Source: Acidianus tailed spindle virus. From it: 32,000 bases of DNA. The stretch is taken from the sequence record NC_029316.1; one strand, given 5' to 3'. The translations under genes and the position numbers were made by a program. Shown one piece after another: positions 16,310 through 26,345 of the stretch (positions within the stretch are counted from its first letter, which is position 1; every line of letters begins with the position of its first letter). The notes below the pieces were generated by a model. It saw only the letters and a program-made list of their open reading frames with translations. It had not been told where the DNA came from and searched no databases.

Positions 16310-17167
16310 TCACCCTAACATGTCTAATTTATTCTTCACAGTGTTAATAACATATTCTACTTGGTTTTTTATCGAATCTGTAATATCTTTTACTACCTTA
16401 TCTTCTACTTTAACGTGCTTACCATTAATGGTCACATTTTCCCCTTCAATTTCAATTTCATAATCGTTTGTCTTTATCTTTGATTGTAGGACTAAATTTA
16501 TTACCTTAGATAAAATACGCCTTGAATATTTATCGATACCAATCTCAATTCTGAAAGCTTCTTTAGGTTCATCGTTACCTTGTTTTTTGTAAATAGTGAG
16601 TGTATCTCCATAAGTGTATGAAACATTATAAATATACTCTGGAGTGTAAGCCCAATAACCGTTCAACTTAGGATTTCTAAATTCATATTGGTAATATATA
16701 ATAACTTTATCAAAATCTAACGTAAAGTGACAGGATGAGAAATTGTTCTTGACATAAGAGAGTATAGTATCGAAAAGTTTGTCTATCAAATTTATCATTT
16801 TATTGTTGTCTACTGTTATCTCTTCACCATTAATCTTTGCCTCAGAAGAAGCTTTAGTGTATGTTAAATCCACTGAATTACCAAACTTACTTAAAATCTT
16901 CATAATCTGTTGTGAAAAATTAGAATTATCAATATTTCGATTAACCAATACAAAACTTCCCAACTCATAATCGTCCACGCTTACCTTATAACCATTTTTG
17001 TTTATAGTGAATGTAATATCTCCACCATCATATTCTAATCTAAGGAAAAGTATCTCGTCTGGAAGTACGTTGTAACGGATAACAGATGTATATAGATCAT
17101 TCTTTGCTAAAAATGCATTTTTTTCCCGTATTTGTTGCTTATTTTCGTCCCAGAATTCCTGTGCCAT
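16310..17167 (-). CDS. Hypothetical protein (285 aa)
   Basis: Long ORF. Confidence 0.8.
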   Translation of the reverse strand: MAQEFWDENKQQIREKNAFLAKNDLYTSVIRYNVLPDEILFLRLEYDGGDITFTINKNGYKVSVDDYELGSFVLVNRNIDNSNFSQQIMKILSKFGNSVDLTYTKASSEAKINGEEITVDNNKMINLIDKLFDTILSYVKNNFSSCHFTLDFDKVIIYYQYEFRNPKLNGYWAYTPEYIYNVSYTYGDTLTIYKKQGNDEPKEAFRIEIGIDKYSRRILSKVINLVLQSKIKTNDYEIEIEGENVTINGKHVKVEDKVVKDITDSIKNQVEYVINTVKNKLDMLG

Positions 17168-17234
17168 TTTTATACCATGTTTCTATTCTCAAACAGTTAT
17201 TAAATATATATTTTTGTTATAGTATCCCAGCTTC

Positions 17235-17582
17235 TACGTTTAATCTTTCTGGGGGTTAAGGGGGCGGAAGTCCCCCTCCGTAAGGTGGGGGATGGATAGC
17301 CACCTTATAGAAACCTTTTATACTAAAAAAGAGATAATTCTTAGACCTCTGGCTGTAAGAGCTGAGGTCGTACCCTCGGGACTGGGGGAACTTACGCCTG
17401 TGGAGAGTGACCCTCCGTAACCCCTCTTCCACACGGGGCATTACAGAACGGTTCCGTTCGATGGAACCTCCGCTGTGGGTGAAGGGGGATCGAGGTTGCT
17501 CTGAGAAGCAGGAAATCCTCACCGTGAGGTGGGGATGCCCCGTCCGTGAGGGCGGGGTAGTTCACTCATGAGCGAACATAAA
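17235..17582 (+). pseudogene. Probable degenerate TnpB 3' end / omega-RNA-like remnant
   Basis: GC-rich; frames read ..VPSGLGELTPVESDPP.. and ..CSEKQEILTVRWGCPVREGGVVHS*; terminal hairpin GCCCCGTCCGTGAGGGCGGGGTAGTTCAC (17537-17565). Confidence 0.5.
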
Positions 17583-17640
17583 ATGATTGAGATGAAAGTG
17601 TATGAACAAACGGTTAGCCTAAGATAGTTAAGATTTTATA

Positions 17641-17670
17641 CACTATTTTTCTCATATTTTGGATAATATC
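17641..17670. repeat. Direct repeat copy 2: CACTATTTTTCTCATATTTTGGATAATATC
   Basis: 28/30 identity to 15272-15301. Confidence 0.9.
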
Positions 17671-17694
17671 TCTATTATATTAGAATCAATAAAA

Positions 17695-17973
17695 TTAAAA
17701 CATAATCTCTTCATTCTCTTCTTCGCTTTCATTATCATTTCCATTATTAGTAATTTCTCTAAAAGAAGAAATGGCAGAAGAGATCTGGTTGTTTACCATT
17801 ATAAAATGAGGTGCATCTATGTCCAAACACCTTATTTTTTTGTTTCCTATTTTTCTGCAGTTGAACGTAGAAACTGAGTCGTAAATTTGATTTATAAGCG
17901 TGGGAGTATCGCTTTCTATCTCCAGAACTCTTTTTATTATATCATAACTGGTGCTTATCTTCATCTTTGACAC
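17695..17973 (-). CDS. Hypothetical protein (92 aa)
   Basis: ORF in minus-strand operon context. Confidence 0.6.
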   Translation of the reverse strand: MSKMKISTSYDIIKRVLEIESDTPTLINQIYDSVSTFNCRKIGNKKIRCLDIDAPHFIMVNNQISSAISSFREITNNGNDNESEEENEEIMF

Positions 17974-17994
17974 CTGAGACCAAGCCCGCTTCCC

Positions 17995-18471
17995 CTATAG
18001 CGTGTTGGGTATAATACCCAATACCATTAATATGTATATTACTTGTGCAATTCCTACTATGCTGTCTATTACACCTATGAGATATATTGCTTGAGTTGCT
18101 ATTGCTAACCCAGAACTGGAAATTACTGTGGTTGCCCATACCAGGAACCAGTCAAGGTTTCCAAATATTAGCGAAGCGTAAACTGCATACATGCTAGCTT
18201 GTATATAGCTTTCTACACTTGACGATAAGGATACGACGAAGGACACTATTGCACCTACTCCAGACAACGCTACTGACACGAATGGGTTGTGAAGTATATT
18301 GAAGAGGAAATTTAGGAGAGTCATTGATGAGATTGTTGCATAAACGCTTGGTGGTATTGAGGTTTGTATGCAAGGTATTAAGTTTACTAGGATATTTATA
18401 GCAAGCCCAGCTATTGTTACGCCCTCACCAGCTAGGAAAACGCTATTTACAAGGTTATATAGTATTCCCAT
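17995..18471 (-). CDS. Multi-pass membrane protein (158 aa)
   Basis: Several long hydrophobic stretches. Confidence 0.8.
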   Translation of the reverse strand: MGILYNLVNSVFLAGEGVTIAGLAINILVNLIPCIQTSIPPSVYATISSMTLLNFLFNILHNPFVSVALSGVGAIVSFVVSLSSSVESYIQASMYAVYASLIFGNLDWFLVWATTVISSSGLAIATQAIYLIGVIDSIVGIAQVIYILMVLGIIPNTL

Positions 18472-19402
18472 ATTTCTTAATAAGAAATGATGAGATTAAA
18501 AATTGAGTCAATGAATACACTCCAGGGCTTGATAATAATACCATTATATTCCTGCTAATGAAGAACGTTACTATAAGTACAAGTATACTAATTAAAGGTA
18601 ATGTAATTGAAACATTGTACTCTCTATATTTCTTATATCTTATCAACTTCTTTGCGTTATCTATAGCTAAGAAAGAGAACGCAGTAAAGAACACAGCCAA
18701 ACCTAGATAGAAATAAAACGGAGTTAGTGCAACACCGATCAACATTACGCCTATTGCTAACTTCTTAGGGTTCTCATCTATTCTATTTGTAGTTTCACTC
18801 AGTTCGTTTATTGTCTTAATGCCCTTATTGAATACGAAGAATAGTGGGGAAGGGTTGAATATGCTCGCTATTATGCACTGAGTCCTTCCTTTTATTAATC
18901 CTAATATATTATTAGGATATAGTTTTAGGTTCTCTATAAAGAAATTCTTATCAAAGCCTGGCTTAACAAATCCAGGTTTTAGAAATATGAGTCTTGCTAT
19001 TACGTAAATGTAATAGCTTACAAGCAGGTTCCCAGAGATAAGCGAAAGTGAAAGTAAAATGTTGGGGATTGTGTAAAAGTACTTTAGCATACGGTCATCT
19101 GCAACGTTAACGTAAATATCCGTGAAAGTGAAAATGAACACTGCAGGGAGATAGCACAATAACGAATGAATTAACAATAACGACACAAACGAGAAAAGAG
19201 TGTAAAAATATAACATGCAGACCTTCTTCTCATATCTTAGCTTTACTGCATTCAACGGCATTAAATGTGTTGATAATGATTCTGCAGTATTAATTATAAG
19301 TAATTCTGACAAAATATCTGGATATTTTACAAGTACAAATATGTATACGACAAAAGAAATTAACAGCACGATTAGTTTCAACACAACAAGCTTCAATAGC
19401 AT
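18455..19402 (-). CDS. Multi-pass membrane protein (315 aa)
   Basis: Several long hydrophobic stretches; overlaps next gene. Confidence 0.85.
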   Translation of the reverse strand: MLLKLVVLKLIVLLISFVVYIFVLVKYPDILSELLIINTAESLSTHLMPLNAVKLRYEKKVCMLYFYTLFSFVSLLLIHSLLCYLPAVFIFTFTDIYVNVADDRMLKYFYTIPNILLSLSLISGNLLVSYYIYVIARLIFLKPGFVKPGFDKNFFIENLKLYPNNILGLIKGRTQCIIASIFNPSPLFFVFNKGIKTINELSETTNRIDENPKKLAIGVMLIGVALTPFYFYLGLAVFFTAFSFLAIDNAKKLIRYKKYREYNVSITLPLISILVLIVTFFISRNIMVLLSSPGVYSLTQFLISSFLIKKYGNTI

Positions 19403-19581
19403 AATGAACTAACGAAATGTGTGTTTAAAAACGGATACGCTGATTGGTTGGATAAATATCGAACCATATACTAAAAATTTAGCGTCATTTTTTGAAGAAA
19501 AAGTTCGAAGTGGTATATAGTACAAAAAGTTCGAAGTTAGAACCAGCTATTGCTTAACCCCACACCAGCGAGGTTTTCTGG

Positions 19582-19983
19582 CTATTGCGTTATTACTCTA
19601 GGCAATGCAGATACAGAGTTGTTATACTCGAAGGGTAACTGAAAGGTGTTATTTACTTTGATTAACTTTGGGAGGATATATTGTGAAACAAATTGTAGCC
19701 CTGCCTGAATTGCGAATACTTCTGGGGCAACGTTAGCCATTTCACTTTCTGAAATAAATTCTGGAAGTTTATTCACTATATCTAAAGTTACATTAACAAG
19801 TTTAGGTAACTTAGATATCGGTACAGCCTGCTCTGTTCTTTTAGTTAATTCCTCTAAAAATGTCTGGTTTACCTCTGGTACTGCTTGCTGTATAAATGAT
19901 ATAGTAATTGTTTTGTATTCGTCAGGCAAGGAATTGACTATTATCGAAAAATTATTCACAGCCCTTTCAAACAAGTTTTCCAT
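19582..19983 (-). CDS. Hypothetical helical protein (133 aa); structural role possible but unproven
   Basis: ORF; predicted helical composition; lies between membrane protein and MoxR genes. Confidence 0.7.
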   Translation of the reverse strand: MENLFERAVNNFSIIVNSLPDEYKTITISFIQQAVPEVNQTFLEELTKRTEQAVPISKLPKLVNVTLDIVNKLPEFISESEMANVAPEVFAIQAGLQFVSQYILPKLIKVNNTFQLPFEYNNSVSALPRVITQ

Positions 19984-20020
19984 AACAATGGCTAACAGTG
20001 CTAGAATAAAAGCGTTCCGC

Positions 20021-21652
20021 TTATGTTGAGATCTTAGTTAGGAGTTCGCCCTTTATATCTTCTAACATTCTCTTTTTAAAATCATTAATGTCAGCAGACG
20101 TAACTAAGCCAGCGTTATTAAGCATTCTTTTGAAGAGTGCTTTGCTCATATTGTCTTCAATACCGTTATTATATGCAACATATACGTCATAGACGTCACT
20201 GATGATTGTTGCTATGAGCGGTATTGCAGACTGTAGTTTCTTCTGTATTTCCAGCTTTTTCTGCATATCCAACATGTTTATCATATCTTTATCATAAAGC
20301 GATACAATTTTCCTAATCAGCTTGAATACGGGTTTATTAACACCGTAAAGACCGAAGTTGAATAACTGGAAATCGCTCAGTTTTCCTTCTTTGCTTAATA
20401 TGTTAAGTAAGGTGTCAACGTGGATTATTATATCATTACTTTCTACAGTTATAACATCCTTCACATGAGTTGGGATTTTCTTAATGCTTATAAGTGCGTT
20501 AGATAAAAACCTGATTATCATTTCTGCCTCGTTCAGCATCTTATCATTAAATGTAGGTTGGACTACTTTAGGCAATAGGTCACGGATTATGTTAAGGATC
20601 TTCTTTTGCAGTATGCTTATCCCCTCCTCACGTGACTTTATATAGAGCGGGAAATATTGCTCGTCTGGAATTATGAAAAACCACGAGATAGCCTTAGCTA
20701 TGTTTACCTCATCGTAATAACCGAGCATACGCAATAACGCAAGGGTAGGCGGTAACAATTGCAACTTCCTCATTGACGACTTTACAGGAAACAATACTTC
20801 TCTATCCCCAACATATTTTTTAAATATATCCGCAAGAGGTTTAGATAGTTCGTCAACCGTAATTTTGATTAACCTATTTTCCCCTATTTTATCCATGTTG
20901 AACGCAGAATAGATTTTCTTAGCTATCAAAATGTCAGTTTGGTTAACTTCAGATAACGCTACTCTTGCAAGCTCTATTATTTCTTCTCTATCCAATTTAG
21001 GCTTCTTACTATTGACAGTAATTGGAATAACTTCAACATTACCGTCACCATCATCAAGTTTTCTATTTAATATCTCAACACCCTTCTCATACACAGCTTC
21101 AAATTCATCCGAGTTCGGTGGAAAAGTAACGATAGAATACGTGAACCTATCATAAACTGCGTCAAACTTACTATCTAAGTTAACAAAATTTGTAGCCCCG
21201 ACAACAGTTAGCGTTCTCGTCTTCATTTTAGCTGTTATTTGGTCTATGAAAAATTCCCTATCAAGAAGATATGAGAGAATTGAGTGTAGCATTATATCAT
21301 TAGCCCTACCTATCTCATCTAAAAACGCTATATCAGCGTAACTTAACGATGAAGGATTTACCTCTACTTTATTCTCCTTAATCAGCTTTATCTGGTCTAT
21401 ATAGTAAAGTGAAGAAGACGGAAGCATGGTAGGAGTAAGGACGAGTTCCCCATAGCTAAGGTTTAGAGTCCTGCAGAACTCCTTTACTAAAGAACTCTTT
21501 GCCGTACCAGGGTATCCTATTAATAGCATATTCGCACCTAGCTTCCCTAGTACAAGAGAAGATGTAAGTGCAAGGACGTCTTCCTCCCTGTCTACAAACT
21601 TATTCGACAAAGACAAAATTGCGTCCTTTAGTACACTCAATGAGTTCATCAA
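20021..21652 (-). CDS. MoxR-like AAA ATPase
   Basis: LLIGYPGTAKSSLVKEFC Walker A; DIAFLDEIGRANDIMLHSILSYLLDRE Walker B/MoxR signature; sensor VVGATNF. Confidence 0.9.
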   Translation of the reverse strand: MMNSLSVLKDAILSLSNKFVDREEDVLALTSSLVLGKLGANMLLIGYPGTAKSSLVKEFCRTLNLSYGELVLTPTMLPSSSLYYIDQIKLIKENKVEVNPSSLSYADIAFLDEIGRANDIMLHSILSYLLDREFFIDQITAKMKTRTLTVVGATNFVNLDSKFDAVYDRFTYSIVTFPPNSDEFEAVYEKGVEILNRKLDDGDGNVEVIPITVNSKKPKLDREEIIELARVALSEVNQTDILIAKKIYSAFNMDKIGENRLIKITVDELSKPLADIFKKYVGDREVLFPVKSSMRKLQLLPPTLALLRMLGYYDEVNIAKAISWFFIIPDEQYFPLYIKSREEGISILQKKILNIIRDLLPKVVQPTFNDKMLNEAEMIIRFLSNALISIKKIPTHVKDVITVESNDIIIHVDTLLNILSKEGKLSDFQLFNFGLYGVNKPVFKLIRKIVSLYDKDMINMLDMQKKLEIQKKLQSAIPLIATIISDVYDVYVAYNNGIEDNMSKALFKRMLNNAGLVTSADINDFKKRMLEDIKGELLTKIST

Positions 21653-21777
21653 AATGAATAATAAAAGAGGTAATTAAAAGCAGACATACAAAGAAAGGAG
21701 TTAAGTGAGTGGAAAGCTTCGCCAGGAGATGGATAACTCCTTATATTTAAGGAGGTGTTATATTTAATAGGACGAAA

Positions 21778-21978
21778 ATGGTGGTAGCTAACAAGTTAAC
21801 CGAAGAACAGAAAAAGATCCTAGAGAGGATGCATAACAGAGTAGATTATATTATCAAAGCTTACAAGGAATATTTAGATGCATTAGCAGAATTTGATAGA
21901 ACTGGAGTATTGAAAATTCATGAGAAAGTCCTTTATGTAAGAAAATATAATAATCAAGAAAATGAGCCACCCAAATGA
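21778..21978 (+). CDS. Small hypothetical protein (66 aa)
   Basis: GGAGGTGTTAT region upstream; charged helical ORF EEQKKILERMHNRVDYIIKAYKEYLDAL. Confidence 0.55.
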   Translation: MVVANKLTEEQKKILERMHNRVDYIIKAYKEYLDALAEFDRTGVLKIHEKVLYVRKYNNQENEPPK

Positions 21979-22006
21979 GAAATGTAAGCCCGATGAGGGG
22001 AACTCC

Positions 22007-22327
22007 CTAGAGCGTTAGCTTCCCTACCCTTGCTCTATGTATTATTCTGTTTTTATATTCATTAACTAGTTTCAATATTGCATTCCTTACTACCTCTGAA
22101 CGTGTAACTCCATTTTCCTCCGCAATTTTATCAATATAATCAAGAAGGTCTTTCGTAACGTAGAATATCACAACCTTATTCTTCTTTCCTCCGTCGTCTT
22201 CGTTAATAATAGGTATTTCTTCTTTTAACGCAACCCTAAGTGCTTGACTACGTGTCATACCGTTTTCTTCAGCGTATGCGTCAAGTAGCTCCAATATATA
22301 GTCCTCAAGCTTAACTGCAAGTTTCAT
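22007..22327 (-). CDS. Double ribbon-helix-helix (CopG-like) regulator
   Basis: MKLAVKLEDYILELLDAYAEENGMTRSQALRVALKE and KVVIFYVTKDLLDYIDKIAEENGVTRSEVVRNAILKLV. Confidence 0.85.
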   Translation of the reverse strand: MKLAVKLEDYILELLDAYAEENGMTRSQALRVALKEEIPIINEDDGGKKNKVVIFYVTKDLLDYIDKIAEENGVTRSEVVRNAILKLVNEYKNRIIHRARVGKLTL

Positions 22328-22417
22328 CTTTTGACACCTGAGACCCCACCCTTACGGACGGGATAGTTACGCATGGAATCTCAAGTGTGCAAATTTAACG
22401 ATTTTGCTTCGCATGAA

Positions 22418-22431
22418 AACACAGATGTGAT
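22418..22431. promoter_or_regulatory. Inverted repeat AACACA-GA-TGTGAT upstream of double-RHH gene
   Basis: Same motif family. Confidence 0.5.
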
Positions 22432-22452
22432 TTCAATAGAAGGAAAAAACAG

Positions 22453-25400
22453 TCACTTACTTGATATCCATAACGCATAAACTCCTATAACAAACGACAC
22501 TATCTCAGTAGGTATTATTATAGGCGATGGGAATCCTAACTGCAATAATCCAGGGGCAATAAATACTGCATATGTTATACCTCCCATTCCCATTAGCCTT
22601 AGGTCGTTTCTTAATAATGCAGATAATGCGAAAGAGCCGAAGAAGAGGAATACTAGGATACAGCCGAAAGGTGCAAGAGGAGTACCGCTCAAAGCACAAT
22701 GTACTGCTTTTTTGACATTACAATAGAAGTTATGTAATTGAACAGGACATAGGGTAAACTTGATAGTCTCGTTTAACGCAGAGATGCATACTGTTGACGT
22801 AGAATTAACTACAGGTATCTTAACTATGCTATTTACTGGGACTGTCTCATCTACTATAGTCTTCCCATTACATGTAATTTTGAAAGTAACATCGAATTTG
22901 GCAGACGTATTGTAATCGTATAGATAGAAGTACGCACCAGACGAATTAGTGAAAGGCAAAGCGTACATTACATTATTATATTTTACAATTTCTGGGTACG
23001 TAGGTATATCCAAAGTCAGACTTAGACTCCCGTTATATTCTATTTTCATACTATTAGGCTCTATAACTACGCATGAGGATGATGAAGAAGAAGAAGGTGG
23101 TGGTGTAGAAGTTGTTGACGGTGGTGGAGGAGGTGGTGCAGTAGTAATATAAGAAGGCAAGACAAACGTACTTGCAGAACAAAGTATTATAGTAGGGTCT
23201 TCATATATGAAAGACCCGCTTTGTGGCATACCAGTGTCTGTAACTATCTCCGAATATCTGGGTGCATCTATCTCAAACCCATTAGAAGTCGCATCAAATA
23301 TCACGTAAGGACAGTTCAATATTACTAACACTGCAGACTTTGAAGTAGTATTAACATATGCAAAACTGCTTGCAACAAAACCAGAGCCAGGTATAACTAT
23401 GCTATTAAATCCAGAAGATAATTTAGTTTTACATACGCATACTACAGTCTCATTAATTATATAATTGAGAGAATACGGAGAGTAGAATGTATTTACATTA
23501 GTTGCACCTCTTTGTGTGACTAACGGAATTGAGTTGACGCCGAAGTAGGAGACGTAGAATAAGTTACCAATATCGCCTCTTATTCCCACATAACCTATCC
23601 AACTCCACGGGAAAGGAATGTTTAAATTTACGGAGTAAGCCGTTGAGTTAATGTACACAGTAGACACAGTAACGTTACCCGCTGAATTCTCCGTAAGGAT
23701 TACAGTCATTGTGAACGGGTAGTTAGGGTTGGGTTGAGGCAGAGAAGAGTCAGGCTGTCCCCAACCAGATGTTGGAGTGTGGTAGAATATTGAGTTTCCA
23801 TAGAAGTCAACTAATAACACGTAAAAACCACTCGCACCGTCATATGACTGGTCTCCTACGTTAGGTGAGAGGATCTCAATACCAGGATTGCCATTTCTGG
23901 ATGGGAACGATGTCACGTGAATGGTTATGTTAATGACGTTTGATATTGGTGAATATTTCCAGGCTATGTACTGACCATAAATACTTGCTCCAGTACTGTT
24001 TATCACCAGTTCTCCATCTTCCCAGTAAGGATAGACCCTCCAACTTGTACTTTCAACTGTTGGAATGTTCGCATAAATCTGGTTACCTACAGCTAACGTA
24101 GTTAGGAATAACGGTATGTTGTAACTACCCGCAGTAGAGTAGAAGCCGTAGTAATACCAGTTCTCACCGAGAGTTGCCCCTATCACTGGTACACCGCTTT
24201 CAAACATCTGTGTGTTGACTGTGAAAGTTAGGGAAGAAGCAGTAGTCTTTATCTCGTTAAACGTAGCGTTGTATGGTGTTACCCCAGCCGTTGAGGAAGG
24301 TATGAAGTTATCTGGGAATACTACAGTTGAAGTACCAGTCAGCCCGCTTAGTGTAATTGTATTACCGCTTACACTACCGCTCTTTACTGTCCCGTTCACG
24401 AGGAAGTTCGGGACGGTATTCGTAGAGAGAGAGACGGAAGTCCACGCACCTATTGAAGGGATGACTGTACCGCTACTCACCGTAACGGATCCAGAAGTAG
24501 TCCATATATTTATGACGCCGAAGTTCGCGTTAGTCGAAATCACGGGGTAGAGCGTGGTCGTTGAAGTAAATGAAGGTGAGAACATGGGGAGAGGAGACTG
24601 AGAGTTTACAATCGGTGCTGGTGATACGTAAACGTCGTAGCTGATAGGGTATGGGAAGACTGCTACGTAAACTGTGCCAGTGTAAGGTGTGTTTGTGGTA
24701 GGGTTGGTAACAAGAGAGTATGCGTCTAACATCTGTGTAACGCTGAAATAGGAAACGTAGAATAAGTCATTCCAATCGCCTCTTATTCCCACGTAGCCTA
24801 TACATTTCCACGGGAAAGGAGTGTTTACATTTACGGAGTATGCTGTGCCGTTAATGTACACAGTAGACACTGTAACGTTACCAGCACTGTTCTCAGTAAA
24901 AATTACAGTCATTGTGAACGGATAATTAGGGTTTGGTTGAGGTAAAGAAGAATAAAGCTGTGTGAAACCAGATGTTGGAGAATGGAAGTATATCGAGTCA
25001 CCATAGAAGTCAACTAATAACACGTAGAAACCACTATCACCATCACTAGTTTGGTCTCCTATGTTGGGTGAAAGGATATCGATACCAGGATTACCATATC
25101 TGGATGGGAACGATGTCATGTGGATAGTTATGTTGATAACGTTACTTACTGGTGAATATCTCCAAGCTATGTATTGACCATAAGTACTTGCCCCAGTACT
25201 ATTCACTACTAGTTCGCCGTTCTGCCAATATGGATAGATTTTCCATGACGTAGACTCCACGTTGTTTACAAATTGTTCATCATTGTAATAGGGAGAAGGA
25301 GAGACGCTGAAGTAGGAGACGTAGAATAGGTTATTGATATCGCCTCTTATCCCTATCCAATAAATTTGGTTCCACGGGAAGGGTATGTTGATATCAGGAG

Positions 25401-26100
25401 AGCTGTAGAGCGTCCCGTTAACGTAGATCTGTGATATTGTTATATTACCAGCACTGTTCTCAGTGAGGATTACGGTTTCTGTAAACACTTTACCCATCAA
25501 GTTAGGTATAGAAGAGGAAGAAATTGGTGAAGTTACACCAGATGTGGGAGTTTCATACTGATAATAACCAGACCACTGTATTGCAAGCCAATAATAATTA
25601 CCACTTTGAACATCAGAAGTCGTAGACGGATTTGCCGAGAATATATCAATACCAGGATTATAATCCTGTTCTGGGAACGATGTCACGTGGATGGTGACGT
25701 TGATGGTGTTACTTACTGGCGAATATCTCCATGCAATATACTGCCCACCATTACTTGCTCCAGTACTATTCACTACTAGTTCACCATTTTCCCAATATGG
25801 ATAGGTTTTCCATGATGTGGACTCCACGTCGTTCACAGTGGGTGTCGTTTGCGGTAGTTGTTGTTCGTATGCGTACAGCTGTCCCGTCAAGTTAGGGTAT
25901 TGGAAGAAACGTATGTTTGAGCCTAGTTGGTTTATCGCTGGTAACGTCGTATTTAAGATGAACGGGTTTGAAGACACACTAATGCTCCCAACATATGCTG
26001 AAGCTGAAGGTGGCGTTTGTGAATTAGTGACAATTGTTGGTGCTAATTCAATTAAGAATAACAGGAATAGGATACCAACCAGTGCTTTCTTCTTGTCCAT
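22453..26100 (-). CDS. Large secreted/membrane-anchored repetitive surface-type protein (~1215 aa), possible virion or attachment protein
   Basis: N-terminal hydrophobic signal MDKKKALVGILFLLFLIELAPTIV, three ~180-aa repeats (VESTSWKxYPYWxNGELVxNSTGAS...), PPPPPP/SSSS linker, C-terminal TM segments; start placed at 26100. Confidence 0.85.
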   Translation of the reverse strand: MDKKKALVGILFLLFLIELAPTIVTNSQTPPSASAYVGSISVSSNPFILNTTLPAINQLGSNIRFFQYPNLTGQLYAYEQQLPQTTPTVNDVESTSWKTYPYWENGELVVNSTGASNGGQYIAWRYSPVSNTINVTIHVTSFPEQDYNPGIDIFSANPSTTSDVQSGNYYWLAIQWSGYYQYETPTSGVTSPISSSSIPNLMGKVFTETVILTENSAGNITISQIYVNGTLYSSPDINIPFPWNQIYWIGIRGDINNLFYVSYFSVSPSPYYNDEQFVNNVESTSWKIYPYWQNGELVVNSTGASTYGQYIAWRYSPVSNVINITIHMTSFPSRYGNPGIDILSPNIGDQTSDGDSGFYVLLVDFYGDSIYFHSPTSGFTQLYSSLPQPNPNYPFTMTVIFTENSAGNVTVSTVYINGTAYSVNVNTPFPWKCIGYVGIRGDWNDLFYVSYFSVTQMLDAYSLVTNPTTNTPYTGTVYVAVFPYPISYDVYVSPAPIVNSQSPLPMFSPSFTSTTTLYPVISTNANFGVINIWTTSGSVTVSSGTVIPSIGAWTSVSLSTNTVPNFLVNGTVKSGSVSGNTITLSGLTGTSTVVFPDNFIPSSTAGVTPYNATFNEIKTTASSLTFTVNTQMFESGVPVIGATLGENWYYYGFYSTAGSYNIPLFLTTLAVGNQIYANIPTVESTSWRVYPYWEDGELVINSTGASIYGQYIAWKYSPISNVINITIHVTSFPSRNGNPGIEILSPNVGDQSYDGASGFYVLLVDFYGNSIFYHTPTSGWGQPDSSLPQPNPNYPFTMTVILTENSAGNVTVSTVYINSTAYSVNLNIPFPWSWIGYVGIRGDIGNLFYVSYFGVNSIPLVTQRGATNVNTFYSPYSLNYIINETVVCVCKTKLSSGFNSIVIPGSGFVASSFAYVNTTSKSAVLVILNCPYVIFDATSNGFEIDAPRYSEIVTDTGMPQSGSFIYEDPTIILCSASTFVLPSYITTAPPPPPPSTTSTPPPSSSSSSSCVVIEPNSMKIEYNGSLSLTLDIPTYPEIVKYNNVMYALPFTNSSGAYFYLYDYNTSAKFDVTFKITCNGKTIVDETVPVNSIVKIPVVNSTSTVCISALNETIKFTLCPVQLHNFYCNVKKAVHCALSGTPLAPFGCILVFLFFGSFALSALLRNDLRLMGMGGITYAVFIAPGLLQLGFPSPIIIPTEIVSFVIGVYALWISSK

Positions 26101-26174
26101 AGTCAAAAGATATAAATCTGAGCTAAAAAATCTAAAAGTGCTAAAACTATTGCTGGGGTTTAGGGGTTTGGGCT

Positions 26175-26345
26175 TCATAGGATTTCATAATATTTAATAT
26201 CAATCCTTAGCCCTTGGGCTTCAACAGAGTCACGGGGAAACCCGTTACCCCTCCGCCCCTTTAGCGGGATAACCCCAACCCACAACCTTGGAATTCCAAG
26301 GATGTGGGGAAACCCGCACATCTTGAGGTATATGTTGAGAGATGC
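26175..26345 (-). ncRNA. Candidate omega-RNA region overlapping the 3' end of tnpB
   Basis: GC-rich, foldable: perfect palindrome CCTTGGAATTCCAAGG (26286-26301) and GGGTTTCCCC-type hairpins at the tnpB 3' end, the position where known omega-RNAs lie. Confidence 0.45.

Noticed and set aside
17256-17522. Minus-strand 88-aa ORF
   Set aside because: Antisense to the degenerate TnpB-like tail; composition typical of GC-rich noncoding sequence.
24212-24550. Plus-strand ORFs opposite the large surface gene (24212-24550, 22949-23152, 25817-26197)
   Set aside because: Antisense shadow ORFs of a strong minus-strand coding sequence.
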